64,000 nt of DNA from the IMG/VR virus record IMGVR_UViG_3300033076_000897, positions 1 through 64,000 of that record; one strand, given 5' to 3'. Shown here piece by piece: positions 36,361 to 43,983 of this stretch. The notes under the pieces are model-generated. The model ran no database searches, had not been told where the DNA came from, and saw only the letters and a list, made by a program, of their open reading frames with translations. Made by a program: the position numbers and the translations under genes. Position 1 is the first letter of the stretch. Every line of letters starts with the position of its first letter. This DNA comes from a virus (taxonomy: Duplodnaviria; Caudoviricetes).

Positions 36361-37959
36361 TTATCCTAGACCTGAAGTCAACATTCCGATTGCAGCTCCA
36401 AAGTCTCCGTCAACTTTAGCTACGATACCGTCGATGGTTTCTTTAGCTTTAGCCTCGTCGTAATCTTCTCCGTGTGCTTTCTTTAAAACTTCGATTGCAT
36501 ATTCTCTGAATTGCTCTTCAGTTTTAATGTCTTCTTCGTTGATCTCAGTCGCTTCATTCATCTTCTTAGCAGCTAACTTTGAATCCTTCTTAGCAACGTT
36601 GTCTGTATAAGAACCGTCACCCCAGAATGCTACGATAGCGTCTGTATCAGCTGTTGAGTGGAAACCAGGACCAGCGTTGAAAATGTCTACGAACTGTAAA
36701 CTCTTATTTGTTTTGATCAAGTCTTTTGCGAAAGACATTGCTTTGTTCTTGTCGTTGAACTTCTTCATGGCTCTAACACCGTCAGAATAGTGAACTTCGT
36801 ATGCTTCGTTTACAGATTCTTTGATACCTAATTCTCTTAGGCTTTTTACTTGCTTTCCTTTTCCTTCACCTGTTTCATCAGCGAACCATAAAAGACCAGC
36901 TTTGATCAATCTTTCGTAAACTTCAGAAGCAACTAATTCCCACTGGAAAGAACTTGAAGTGTTGTACCAAGTTTCGGCAGCGTACTCTGGATCGATCCAA
37001 CCAATACCTCTTTTGATATTAGTTTCCATATCTTTGTAGTCCATTTCGAATTGCTTAACAGCACCTTCGGCAACTACTACTGATTCTACTGCCAATTCTA
37101 AATCTTTGTCTTTTCCAGCAACAGCTGCATCCAATTCAGCTTCTAAAGCTTTCTTCTTAGCAGTCATTTCTTTTAGATCTGCAAGCAATTTTGCTTTAGC
37201 ATCACCTTCTGCAGCCTTCCATTCGGTTGCTGTTGCAGCCATTTTAGAAGTAATATCAGACCAGTCTTTTTGAATTTTGTTGATTGATCTACCTTCGTTA
37301 AGGTCTTCGTTGCTTTCGTTAACGCTTTCAAAAACCTTTAACTCTTGATCTTCGTAAGCATCCATGTAGAACCACTTGTTGGTAGCTTCGTCCCAAATAT
37401 AAATGTACTCTGCTCCAGCGCTGTTTCTAACCTTTCTAGCAAAATCTTGGATTGCGTCCATTTTACCAGAGTTAACTGAATTGCCTTTTTCGCCACGGTC
37501 TCTTCCGTAGAACATTGTCATTTCGTAATCTGGGTTAGCGAAATCGTTTTTAGGACCCAATTTTTTACCAAGGAAAGAAATACCAGCCTTACCTAATTTG
37601 ACTAGCTCTTTTGCTTCTTTACCACCAAAGTGTCTGATCACATCTGCGTTATCACCCATGCTACCATAGTGCAAATAAACTGTAGTGATGTTACCTTTTT
37701 TATCAGCTACACCGATTTGAGCTCTGGTAGATTCATTGATAGTTAGACTTACGTCAACTGACTCTGCTAATCTAGCAAAGAAAGCGTTTCTAACTTCTTC
37801 ATCTAATTCGCTTGGGCTAGCTACACCATACTCTTTTAAAAGTTTGCTGTAAGATTCGATTGATTTGGCTTGACGATCAGCAACCTCTTTCATTTGCTTA
37901 ACCTTGGTAGCCTCTTCTCTTAATTGAGAAAACGATTTGAATGTATGGAGTTTTTCCAT
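36361..37959 (-). CDS. Modular putative internal virion (poly)protein
   Basis: Distinct compact modules separated by INE/VNE/LNE/VAE/MNE linkers; late promoter upstream. Confidence 0.65.
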   Translation of the reverse strand: MEKLHTFKSFSQLREEATKVKQMKEVADRQAKSIESYSKLLKEYGVASPSELDEEVRNAFFARLAESVDVSLTINESTRAQIGVADKKGNITTVYLHYGSMGDNADVIRHFGGKEAKELVKLGKAGISFLGKKLGPKNDFANPDYEMTMFYGRDRGEKGNSVNSGKMDAIQDFARKVRNSAGAEYIYIWDEATNKWFYMDAYEDQELKVFESVNESNEDLNEGRSINKIQKDWSDITSKMAATATEWKAAEGDAKAKLLADLKEMTAKKKALEAELDAAVAGKDKDLELAVESVVVAEGAVKQFEMDYKDMETNIKRGIGWIDPEYAAETWYNTSSSFQWELVASEVYERLIKAGLLWFADETGEGKGKQVKSLRELGIKESVNEAYEVHYSDGVRAMKKFNDKNKAMSFAKDLIKTNKSLQFVDIFNAGPGFHSTADTDAIVAFWGDGSYTDNVAKKDSKLAAKKMNEATEINEEDIKTEEQFREYAIEVLKKAHGEDYDEAKAKETIDGIVAKVDGDFGAAIGMLTSGLG

Positions 37960-37987
37960 TGTTTAAAAATTTTATTTTTGTGTTTTT

Positions 37988-39496
37988 CTATATATCTCCG
38001 TCGAACTTCACATGCTTCACGGAGTACTCAAACTTTTGCTCTTTATAGATTGTTATCCTAGCCTTTGAGTGTTTCATAAGGTAATTGTCCCATTCGCCGT
38101 ATCTTAGATCGTCAACAAAGTCGATGATGTTTACACTCTCTTTGGACTCGTGCTGTCTTAGACCACGACCAATAGACTGTCTAATGATGACTTCGCTTTT
38201 GAACGATTCAGTAAAGAAAATGTTGTGAATCTTTTTGATGGAAATACCTGTAGAAAATGTACCGTAAGACGCAACAATAACTACGTCTTCACCTTGTTCC
38301 ATTTTTCTTTTATATTCTTCCCTAACTTCGGCATCTGTACTGCCATCGACGTAGTAAACCTTCTTTTCGCTATCTCTGCGTAGCTTCTCGTATAGCTTTT
38401 TACCATGTTCAATGCGGTGAAAAAGGACCAAACTATTGCGTGGTATTCTGGAAATGACGCTACTAATAAAGTTGAGACGAGCTTGGTTGTTAATGATGTA
38501 ATTTTGTTCCAGAGAGAAAACATCTTTGCTATCGTATTTATTTGAGGCTAACTCGTAGAAAGCCTTTTTTGCTGATTCAGGAGCATAGTCCATCTGAATG
38601 ACCCTAACTTTACAACCAGCAATGTGACCTTCTTGCTGTAAAAAGTTTGCCGTTACTTCACTGATCACAGGACCTGTGAAACTCATTAGAGTTAATCTGT
38701 CCAATGTGCCAGGTTTTGGAATAGTACCAGAAAGACCAAATCTATATTTGGCATTGGTACATTTTTGTAAGATGGTCTTGATTGATGCTGATTTGGCCTT
38801 GTGAGTTTCATCGACCATTACGCAATCGAACTGCTCAAAATATTCTTTGGGCTTTTTAACCAGCGATTGGTAAGTTCCAACTACCACGTTTCTATTGGCT
38901 TTGATGGCCTGCCCAGAATAGATTTGTTGTACTTTGATGGGTGTTCTGTTTCTGTAATTGTACTCGTCAAAATCCTCAGTGGCTTGAACAACCAACGAAA
39001 CGTTAGGTACAATGAAAAGAATCTTCTTGGCTTTTTCTTTCTCTAACATGTAAGAGATCACCAAGAAACTGATTAGTGTTTTACCAGCAGAGGTAGCTAA
39101 TTCAGCCAAACACTTTCTGAATTTTAAGATGTTGAAAGCTGTGTCTATTTGATAGTCACGAGGCTTAATCTTTGAATCTTTATAGTAATCGTTAACCCAC
39201 GCTTCAAACTCTTCCGCTTGTATGGATCTATCAAAGATGCTAGTGATACCGTTCAACCGTAGTTCGAACTTGTACTCCTTGCACATTTGCATGACTTCTT
39301 TCCACAACCCAGCAGGAATCCACTTGTTGTCTTTTACGTAGCAAACGTAACCGTCCCAAAGCTTCTTTTTCACCAATGGGTGAAACCTCCAGCTCTCGAT
39401 TCTTCTCGTAAAAGTGATGTTCAATTGTTCTAATTCAAGCTCACTAGCTTCATCGATAGAAAGAAATTGACCATCACCGGTTAATGATAGTTCCAC
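37988..39496 (-). CDS. uvsW: SF2 DNA helicase UvsW
   Basis: PRDYQ, ATSAGKT, DETH, GLSGT, STGISIK, QSIGRGLR. Confidence 0.93.
   Translation of the reverse strand: MELSLTGDGQFLSIDEASELELEQLNITFTRRIESWRFHPLVKKKLWDGYVCYVKDNKWIPAGLWKEVMQMCKEYKFELRLNGITSIFDRSIQAEEFEAWVNDYYKDSKIKPRDYQIDTAFNILKFRKCLAELATSAGKTLISFLVISYMLEKEKAKKILFIVPNVSLVVQATEDFDEYNYRNRTPIKVQQIYSGQAIKANRNVVVGTYQSLVKKPKEYFEQFDCVMVDETHKAKSASIKTILQKCTNAKYRFGLSGTIPKPGTLDRLTLMSFTGPVISEVTANFLQQEGHIAGCKVRVIQMDYAPESAKKAFYELASNKYDSKDVFSLEQNYIINNQARLNFISSVISRIPRNSLVLFHRIEHGKKLYEKLRRDSEKKVYYVDGSTDAEVREEYKRKMEQGEDVVIVASYGTFSTGISIKKIHNIFFTESFKSEVIIRQSIGRGLRQHESKESVNIIDFVDDLRYGEWDNYLMKHSKARITIYKEQKFEYSVKHVKFDGDI
37989..37996 (-). promoter_or_regulatory. 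Putative late promoter GATATATA heading the 37959-31313 operon
   Basis: Exact motif overlapping the uvsW stop. Confidence 0.72.
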
Positions 39497-39521
39497 GCCA
39501 TAAACGTGTGTTTTTTTATCG

Positions 39522-39944
39522 TTACAGGTCTTTTAACGCCAACCTATTTCGAAGGGCAAATCCCATGTTATCTAGGGTTTTTACCGATTCTTTATAAAAG
39601 TCTAATTGAGTTTCCAATAAACTGATCTTTTGGTGATCCTCTGTCATGTCGGCAATCAAAAATTGCTCCTTTTGTTTATCGGTTAATTTGTAGTCGAAGT
39701 TGTAGTACTTGATAAAAGCTTCCTTCCACATTACGTCCATTCTGGACTTTTGCTTCTTGATCATAACACTCATTTGTGCTGAGCGATCAACTAAGATTTG
39801 GCGGTGACTCAGCATTTCTGCCATTAAGTCTTCCAAGCCATTGATGTACTTGATTCTGTCTGCTAACGCCGTGATCTTTTCAGTCCACGTACTGCGCTCT
39901 CCAGCTAGTTTTTCATCAAGTTCTATTATTTTGCTATTTGACAT
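39522..39944 (-). CDS. uvsY: Recombination mediator UvsY-like
   Basis: 140-aa helical protein next to uvsW ending ..LDNMGFALRNRL. Confidence 0.7.
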   Translation of the reverse strand: MSNSKIIELDEKLAGERSTWTEKITALADRIKYINGLEDLMAEMLSHRQILVDRSAQMSVMIKKQKSRMDVMWKEAFIKYYNFDYKLTDKQKEQFLIADMTEDHQKISLLETQLDFYKESVKTLDNMGFALRNRLALKDL

Positions 39945-39955
39945 TCAATATTGTA

Positions 39956-40171
39956 TTAAAAGAGAGAATTCTTACTTGGCTTAATGTATTTATCAGCCAT
40001 CCGTTTCTTCGGGTTTTTGGCTTTTTGCGGCACATTAAAGCTTGATCCGCTATAGTTGTACTGTGGTACGTCAAAATTGATCAGCATCTTTAGATTCTTG
40101 CTATACCTATTTCTGTCGTTATTAAATTCTTCTAATGCGTCGAGCATCGTCTCTTCAAATGTTTTTTTCAT
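39956..40171 (-). CDS. Hypothetical protein
   Basis: 71-aa ORF coupled to primase; ends KNSLF. Confidence 0.55.
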   Translation of the reverse strand: MKKTFEETMLDALEEFNNDRNRYSKNLKMLINFDVPQYNYSGSSFNVPQKAKNPKKRMADKYIKPSKNSLF

Positions 40172-41232
40172 AGGTGATACATGTCAAAACTAGAATTCGT
40201 AAAGTATTCATTGATCCTATTAATGTGACCATTTTTAGTTTCAACACAGTGTTTCACCAGATCGTTAAGATCCTTTATGTATGTATCTATTTTAGCATCA
40301 GCTAAAAACTTGCTCCACATAAAGACATATTTGCCTTTCTTCAGCTTTTCGATCATTTTGGACCTTCCAGCCTCGTCGTTATCCATAAAGTATCTAACGC
40401 TTGGTATCTCGTCGAACTCGTCTGTGTTTCTACCGACGGTTGCGAGTCCTATTGAGTTTCTCATGAACTTGGCATCGATGGGACCCTCAAACAAAGTAAA
40501 GCTACGACCAAAGTCTATGGTCATAATACCGAAAAGGGTTGAGACTCTATTAAGCGATTCTTTTTCTTCAGAAGACATTTCTGGTAACTCAAGCCCAAAC
40601 TCTTCGTACATTTTAGTTAGTTCGTAAGTTAGGTATCGACCTTTGTACTGACCGATGGATCTAGCTTGGTAACCGAGAATTGCGTTAGTGTTTGGTACTC
40701 TATTGATGATCAATAGTTTTTTACCTTTGGGCTGATATAGGAAATCATCGCACATGTTATGCAACATTCTGCCCTTTAAATAGAACCATGCAAAATCACC
40801 AGGTTCTATCTTCACCGAACCCGTCAAACGCTTGAAATCCTGAATTGGAATAGCCAATTCGGCAGCTTTGATCAATACGTTGTGTTGAAGAGTTTCGGTT
40901 CTAGCGACCTGCATTCTGTTTTCTTTAACGATATCGATCAGTGTTAGTGAGTCCTCACTGGAAGACATTTTAACGCCGAAGTGTTTTAAGAAAGCATAAA
41001 TGTCAGTGTGTTCACCGCAGTTGTAACAGTGATATTGAAGGGTGTCCCAAAACAAGTTACCCCTCTTTTTTAAAGCATCGCTGGAAGAATCGCCGCAAAA
41101 AGGACATGCCAGAGACAAACGCCCTGGCATTTCCTTAATCATTTGCTTTTGCGATATTGTGTGTTCTTGAACAACAACCGCCTTGACCAACTGACGAATT
41201 TTGTCTTTTAAATCGTCATTGATTTTGGTCAT
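40168..41232 (-). CDS. gp61: DNA primase
   Basis: CPFCGDS...HCYNC zinc finger; FEGPIDA and DNDEAG TOPRIM motifs; KDLND. Confidence 0.92.
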   Translation of the reverse strand: MTKINDDLKDKIRQLVKAVVVQEHTISQKQMIKEMPGRLSLACPFCGDSSSDALKKRGNLFWDTLQYHCYNCGEHTDIYAFLKHFGVKMSSSEDSLTLIDIVKENRMQVARTETLQHNVLIKAAELAIPIQDFKRLTGSVKIEPGDFAWFYLKGRMLHNMCDDFLYQPKGKKLLIINRVPNTNAILGYQARSIGQYKGRYLTYELTKMYEEFGLELPEMSSEEKESLNRVSTLFGIMTIDFGRSFTLFEGPIDAKFMRNSIGLATVGRNTDEFDEIPSVRYFMDNDEAGRSKMIEKLKKGKYVFMWSKFLADAKIDTYIKDLNDLVKHCVETKNGHINRINEYFTNSSFDMYHL

Positions 41233-41233
41233 A

Positions 41234-42169
41234 TTAGATGTCTAAGTCGTTCAAAAATGAATCTAAATCGTCTGAGTCGTCAGCGTTCACAGAAGTAGCT
41301 GAGCTTGCTGATGGAGTTGAGTCCATACCCAAGTCAAAGTCTTCGCTAACTTCGGCTGCAGCTTTTGCTGGGGCAGCTTTCTTACGAGGAGCTGATGAAG
41401 TCAATTCGTCCATTGCTGCTCCGCCTGGTGTCAAATACTGACGAAGAGTTGCGTTAACGAAGTCGCGAGTTTGGTCGTCCCACACTTGGTATTCGTAAGC
41501 TGAAAGGTCTGGAGCTGAAGAGATTTCTTCTTTGATTTTGCCCATGAAATCTGCGTTGCGTTCTGCAGGTTTACCATCAACTGTGATAGGTGAACGAGAA
41601 GAAGAGAATTTAGATTTATCGTAGTTGTTGTATTCACCTTGACGAGTGATGATCAATTCAAAGTTTTTACCTTCAAAAAGGTCAAAGATTTGAGTAGGCT
41701 CACCGAAATCAGGTTTCAATTCAGCGTCAATCTTTTCTTTGATTTTGTAACCAAATTTGAAGATCTTGTAGGTACCTTCTAATTCAGGGTTTTGAGGATC
41801 TTTGATGATCTTAATAAGAGCGTAGTACTGCTCACGACGCTTAAGCTTTTCAGAGATCTTACGATCAACAGCTGAATCACTCTTACGAAGTTTCCAGAAA
41901 GCATCAGCAATTGGACACTTCTCGCCGATAGAGGCTGGAGAGTCTACCAATTTACCTTCGCCAGTTGCATCTGTCAACCAGTGAACGTACTTTTTAACTA
42001 ATGAGTTGCGTGGATTCTTTGGGTTAGGAACGAAGCGAATAAGTGCTTTGTAGGTTCCGTCTTTACCGTCATCTGCGGTAGGTTTGTAAACTTCAGTGTT
42101 TGAAGTTGTTTGGACTGTGTGGGTATCGACTGCGTCTACGCCCAAGTTAAAAATGTCAAAATCTGCCAT
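41234..42169 (-). CDS. gp32: Single-stranded DNA-binding protein
   Basis: YKPTADDGKDG...IRFVP, CPI, IIKDP.NPELEG..KIFKFG.KI, YDKSKF, acidic tail DDLDSFLNDL. Confidence 0.92.
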   Translation of the reverse strand: MADFDIFNLGVDAVDTHTVQTTSNTEVYKPTADDGKDGTYKALIRFVPNPKNPRNSLVKKYVHWLTDATGEGKLVDSPASIGEKCPIADAFWKLRKSDSAVDRKISEKLKRREQYYALIKIIKDPQNPELEGTYKIFKFGYKIKEKIDAELKPDFGEPTQIFDLFEGKNFELIITRQGEYNNYDKSKFSSSRSPITVDGKPAERNADFMGKIKEEISSAPDLSAYEYQVWDDQTRDFVNATLRQYLTPGGAAMDELTSSAPRKKAAPAKAAAEVSEDFDLGMDSTPSASSATSVNADDSDDLDSFLNDLDI

Positions 42170-42170
42170 G

Positions 42171-42225
42171 TCTTTAATTCTTTAAATTTGTTAAACTTTT
42201 AAAACGTTAATGCCTTAAAATTACT
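42171..42225 (-). promoter_or_regulatory. AU-rich TTAA-repeat leader of gp32, putative autogenous translational operator
   Basis: Six TTAA units in ~55 nt immediately before the ATG. Confidence 0.5.
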
Positions 42226-42243
42226 TTTAGTGCGATAACAATA

Positions 42244-42272
42244 CTTATACCGTGTACCCTTACAATGTTTCA
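42244..42272 (-). promoter_or_regulatory. Putative early/middle promoter TGAAAC-N17-TATAAG (gp32, primase, uvsY, uvsW)
   Basis: Bipartite motif with 17-nt spacer. Confidence 0.75.
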
Positions 42273-42327
42273 AACTTTTTTAGAAGACACTCCGGGATTG
42301 GATCCTTTCCTATAAGTTATCACTATC

Positions 42328-42335
42328 TATATATC
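42328..42335 (-). promoter_or_regulatory. Putative late promoter GATATATA upstream of gp32
   Basis: Exact motif in the intergenic region. Confidence 0.6.
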
Positions 42336-42359
42336 TATGAAAAAAATTTACATGAAAGT

Positions 42360-42389
42360 TGAAACAGTATTTCGCAACTAGCATATAAG
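42360..42389 (+). promoter_or_regulatory. Plus-strand copy of the early/middle promoter (TGAAAC-N18-TATAAG)
   Basis: Same boxes, spacer one nt longer; no plus-strand gene follows. Confidence 0.4.
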
Positions 42390-42415
42390 TAATGTCTTTA
42401 CGCCCAGAGGTAAGA

Positions 42416-43054
42416 TTAGGGCTGGATCAAATGATTCAAGAAGTAGGCGTCAATTAAGTCATCGAGGGGCTTCGCCACTTTTTTGGACTCTTCAAGGTTG
42501 GCGACGAACTCAAAAATTGGGTGAGACTCGAGATTTGGATCTTCGAGGCAATTTTCCTTAAACTTCACAAAAAGTTCATCTTTCTTCATATTGCCCTTGC
42601 CAGCATGTTTCTTTATAGTTGAAGGGGCCACAGTCATAATATCCTTTGGTTTCAAAGTCTCAATGATCTGTAGTTTCAAAATGGCTGCGGCAGCTGCCAA
42701 GTCCATTACGTTATTGGTGTTTGAGGATCCATAAGAGGTTCCTTCGAATGCAAATAGGTATCCGTCTTCCCAGTGAGTGTGAGTCAGGATTAGGTTGATG
42801 ATGTCAGTGGCCATTGTTCTGTAACGTAGAATCTTGGCCAACTCTCCACCTGAATATTCTTTGTTTAGTTCAAACGAAGGTTGATTGATCAATACACAAC
42901 CATTCAATACAGAGAATTCTTCTTGGATCTTGGTTTCCTTTTTGGTTCCCAATCCAGCTTTGATGTAAGAAATGAAGGTGTAATTCTTAGAGATGTCATC
43001 GAAGATGCAAATCCCAGGGGAATTAAGAGAAAAGTCTATTGCTACTATGTTCAT
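42416..43054 (-). CDS. RuvC-like Holliday junction resolvase
   Basis: IVAIDFS...PG, AFEG, PSTIKK.AGKGN..K, DDLIDAY acidic tetrad. Confidence 0.85.
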   Translation of the reverse strand: MNIVAIDFSLNSPGICIFDDISKNYTFISYIKAGLGTKKETKIQEEFSVLNGCVLINQPSFELNKEYSGGELAKILRYRTMATDIINLILTHTHWEDGYLFAFEGTSYGSSNTNNVMDLAAAAAILKLQIIETLKPKDIMTVAPSTIKKHAGKGNMKKDELFVKFKENCLEDPNLESHPIFEFVANLEESKKVAKPLDDLIDAYFLNHLIQP

Positions 43055-43419
43055 TAAATGAGACGGTTACCAAGAGCTGAACCTAATGCGGCTCCAACTA
43101 GTCTTGAGGTTAACAAATCGTATAAAACACCTGAATTTACACCCAATACATTGGCAACAACCTTACCGACAGATTTACCTAAAGCAAATCCTGTTAGACC
43201 TCCAAGGATGGTTCCAAGTAGACCTTCGTTGGTGATCTCTTCATTGAATCTTTCGATGTCAATTTTTCCATCTTCGTTAGTGTATTCTTTTAACCACTCT
43301 TTGATGGCCTCATCAACTTTTGCCTCAAGTTCTGGGGTCCACTCTTCTTGTAGAGCTTCGTTCAGTAACTTAACGTCGATGTCAGTTTTTTCGTTTAAAT
43401 GGTCAATGAATGTTTTCAT
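43054..43419 (-). CDS. Glycine-zipper membrane-active virion protein candidate
   Basis: Acidic N-half starting MKTFIDHLNE; C-half GLLGTILGGLTGFALG...LVGAALGSALG. Confidence 0.7.
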   Translation of the reverse strand: MKTFIDHLNEKTDIDVKLLNEALQEEWTPELEAKVDEAIKEWLKEYTNEDGKIDIERFNEEITNEGLLGTILGGLTGFALGKSVGKVVANVLGVNSGVLYDLLTSRLVGAALGSALGNRLI

Positions 43420-43423
43420 GCTT

Positions 43424-43431
43424 TATATATC
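43424..43431 (-). promoter_or_regulatory. Putative late promoter GATATATA, 4 nt before the ATG
   Basis: GATATATA-AAGC-ATG. Confidence 0.7.
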
Positions 43432-43983
43432 TTAGTCCAATTCTATCTTTAGATTGAATTTGTTATAGTTGAAGGTGCAATCGAAAGTATTGAATTCGGC
43501 CACGTTAGTACTCATGTTGAGTTCCAGTTCACCAATTTCCTTGAAGATGATCTTTTCAAACTTAGCACTAGCTACTACGTTACCTTCTGCGTCCAGAATG
43601 TTCAAGCCAACATCTTCGATGTAAGGTTGTTTTACGTCTTTGGAATAGTAATAAAGTAAAGTGTCTAACATGATCCAATAGTTTACAAAACCGTCCAGTA
43701 GTTGTAAAGTCACCGTAAATTCTCTTTGGATAGTATTTTGAATAGGAATAGAACCTCTGTGGTAAGTAATTGTACCGTCATTAGCTGCTGTTTCCACTGG
43801 ATCAAAAGCCAAACCTGGCATATTCAATCCTTGGATGCTATAGTTAATGTAGTCTACAGGTTCGCTAAGTACTGAACCTGGAATTCTGTTTAAGTATTCC
43901 CTGTATTTTTCAGCTACTGGTTCCGGGATGAATTTTCTCGGAAACCTGAACTCAAATAGGTTATTTCTAGAATTTAAGATCAT
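43432..43983 (-). CDS. Tail-tube-fold protein (T4 gp3-like tail tube terminator)
   Basis: IQGLNMPGL, FTVTL..D.F.NY, LNILD, IGELEL, FDCTFNY..F. Confidence 0.65.
   Translation of the reverse strand: MILNSRNNLFEFRFPRKFIPEPVAEKYREYLNRIPGSVLSEPVDYINYSIQGLNMPGLAFDPVETAANDGTITYHRGSIPIQNTIQREFTVTLQLLDGFVNYWIMLDTLLYYYSKDVKQPYIEDVGLNILDAEGNVVASAKFEKIIFKEIGELELNMSTNVAEFNTFDCTFNYNKFNLKIELD

Noticed and set aside
42271-42324. 17-codon GTG-start mini ORF after the late motif at 42328
   Set aside because: Too short, with no supporting features; it cannot be distinguished from chance.
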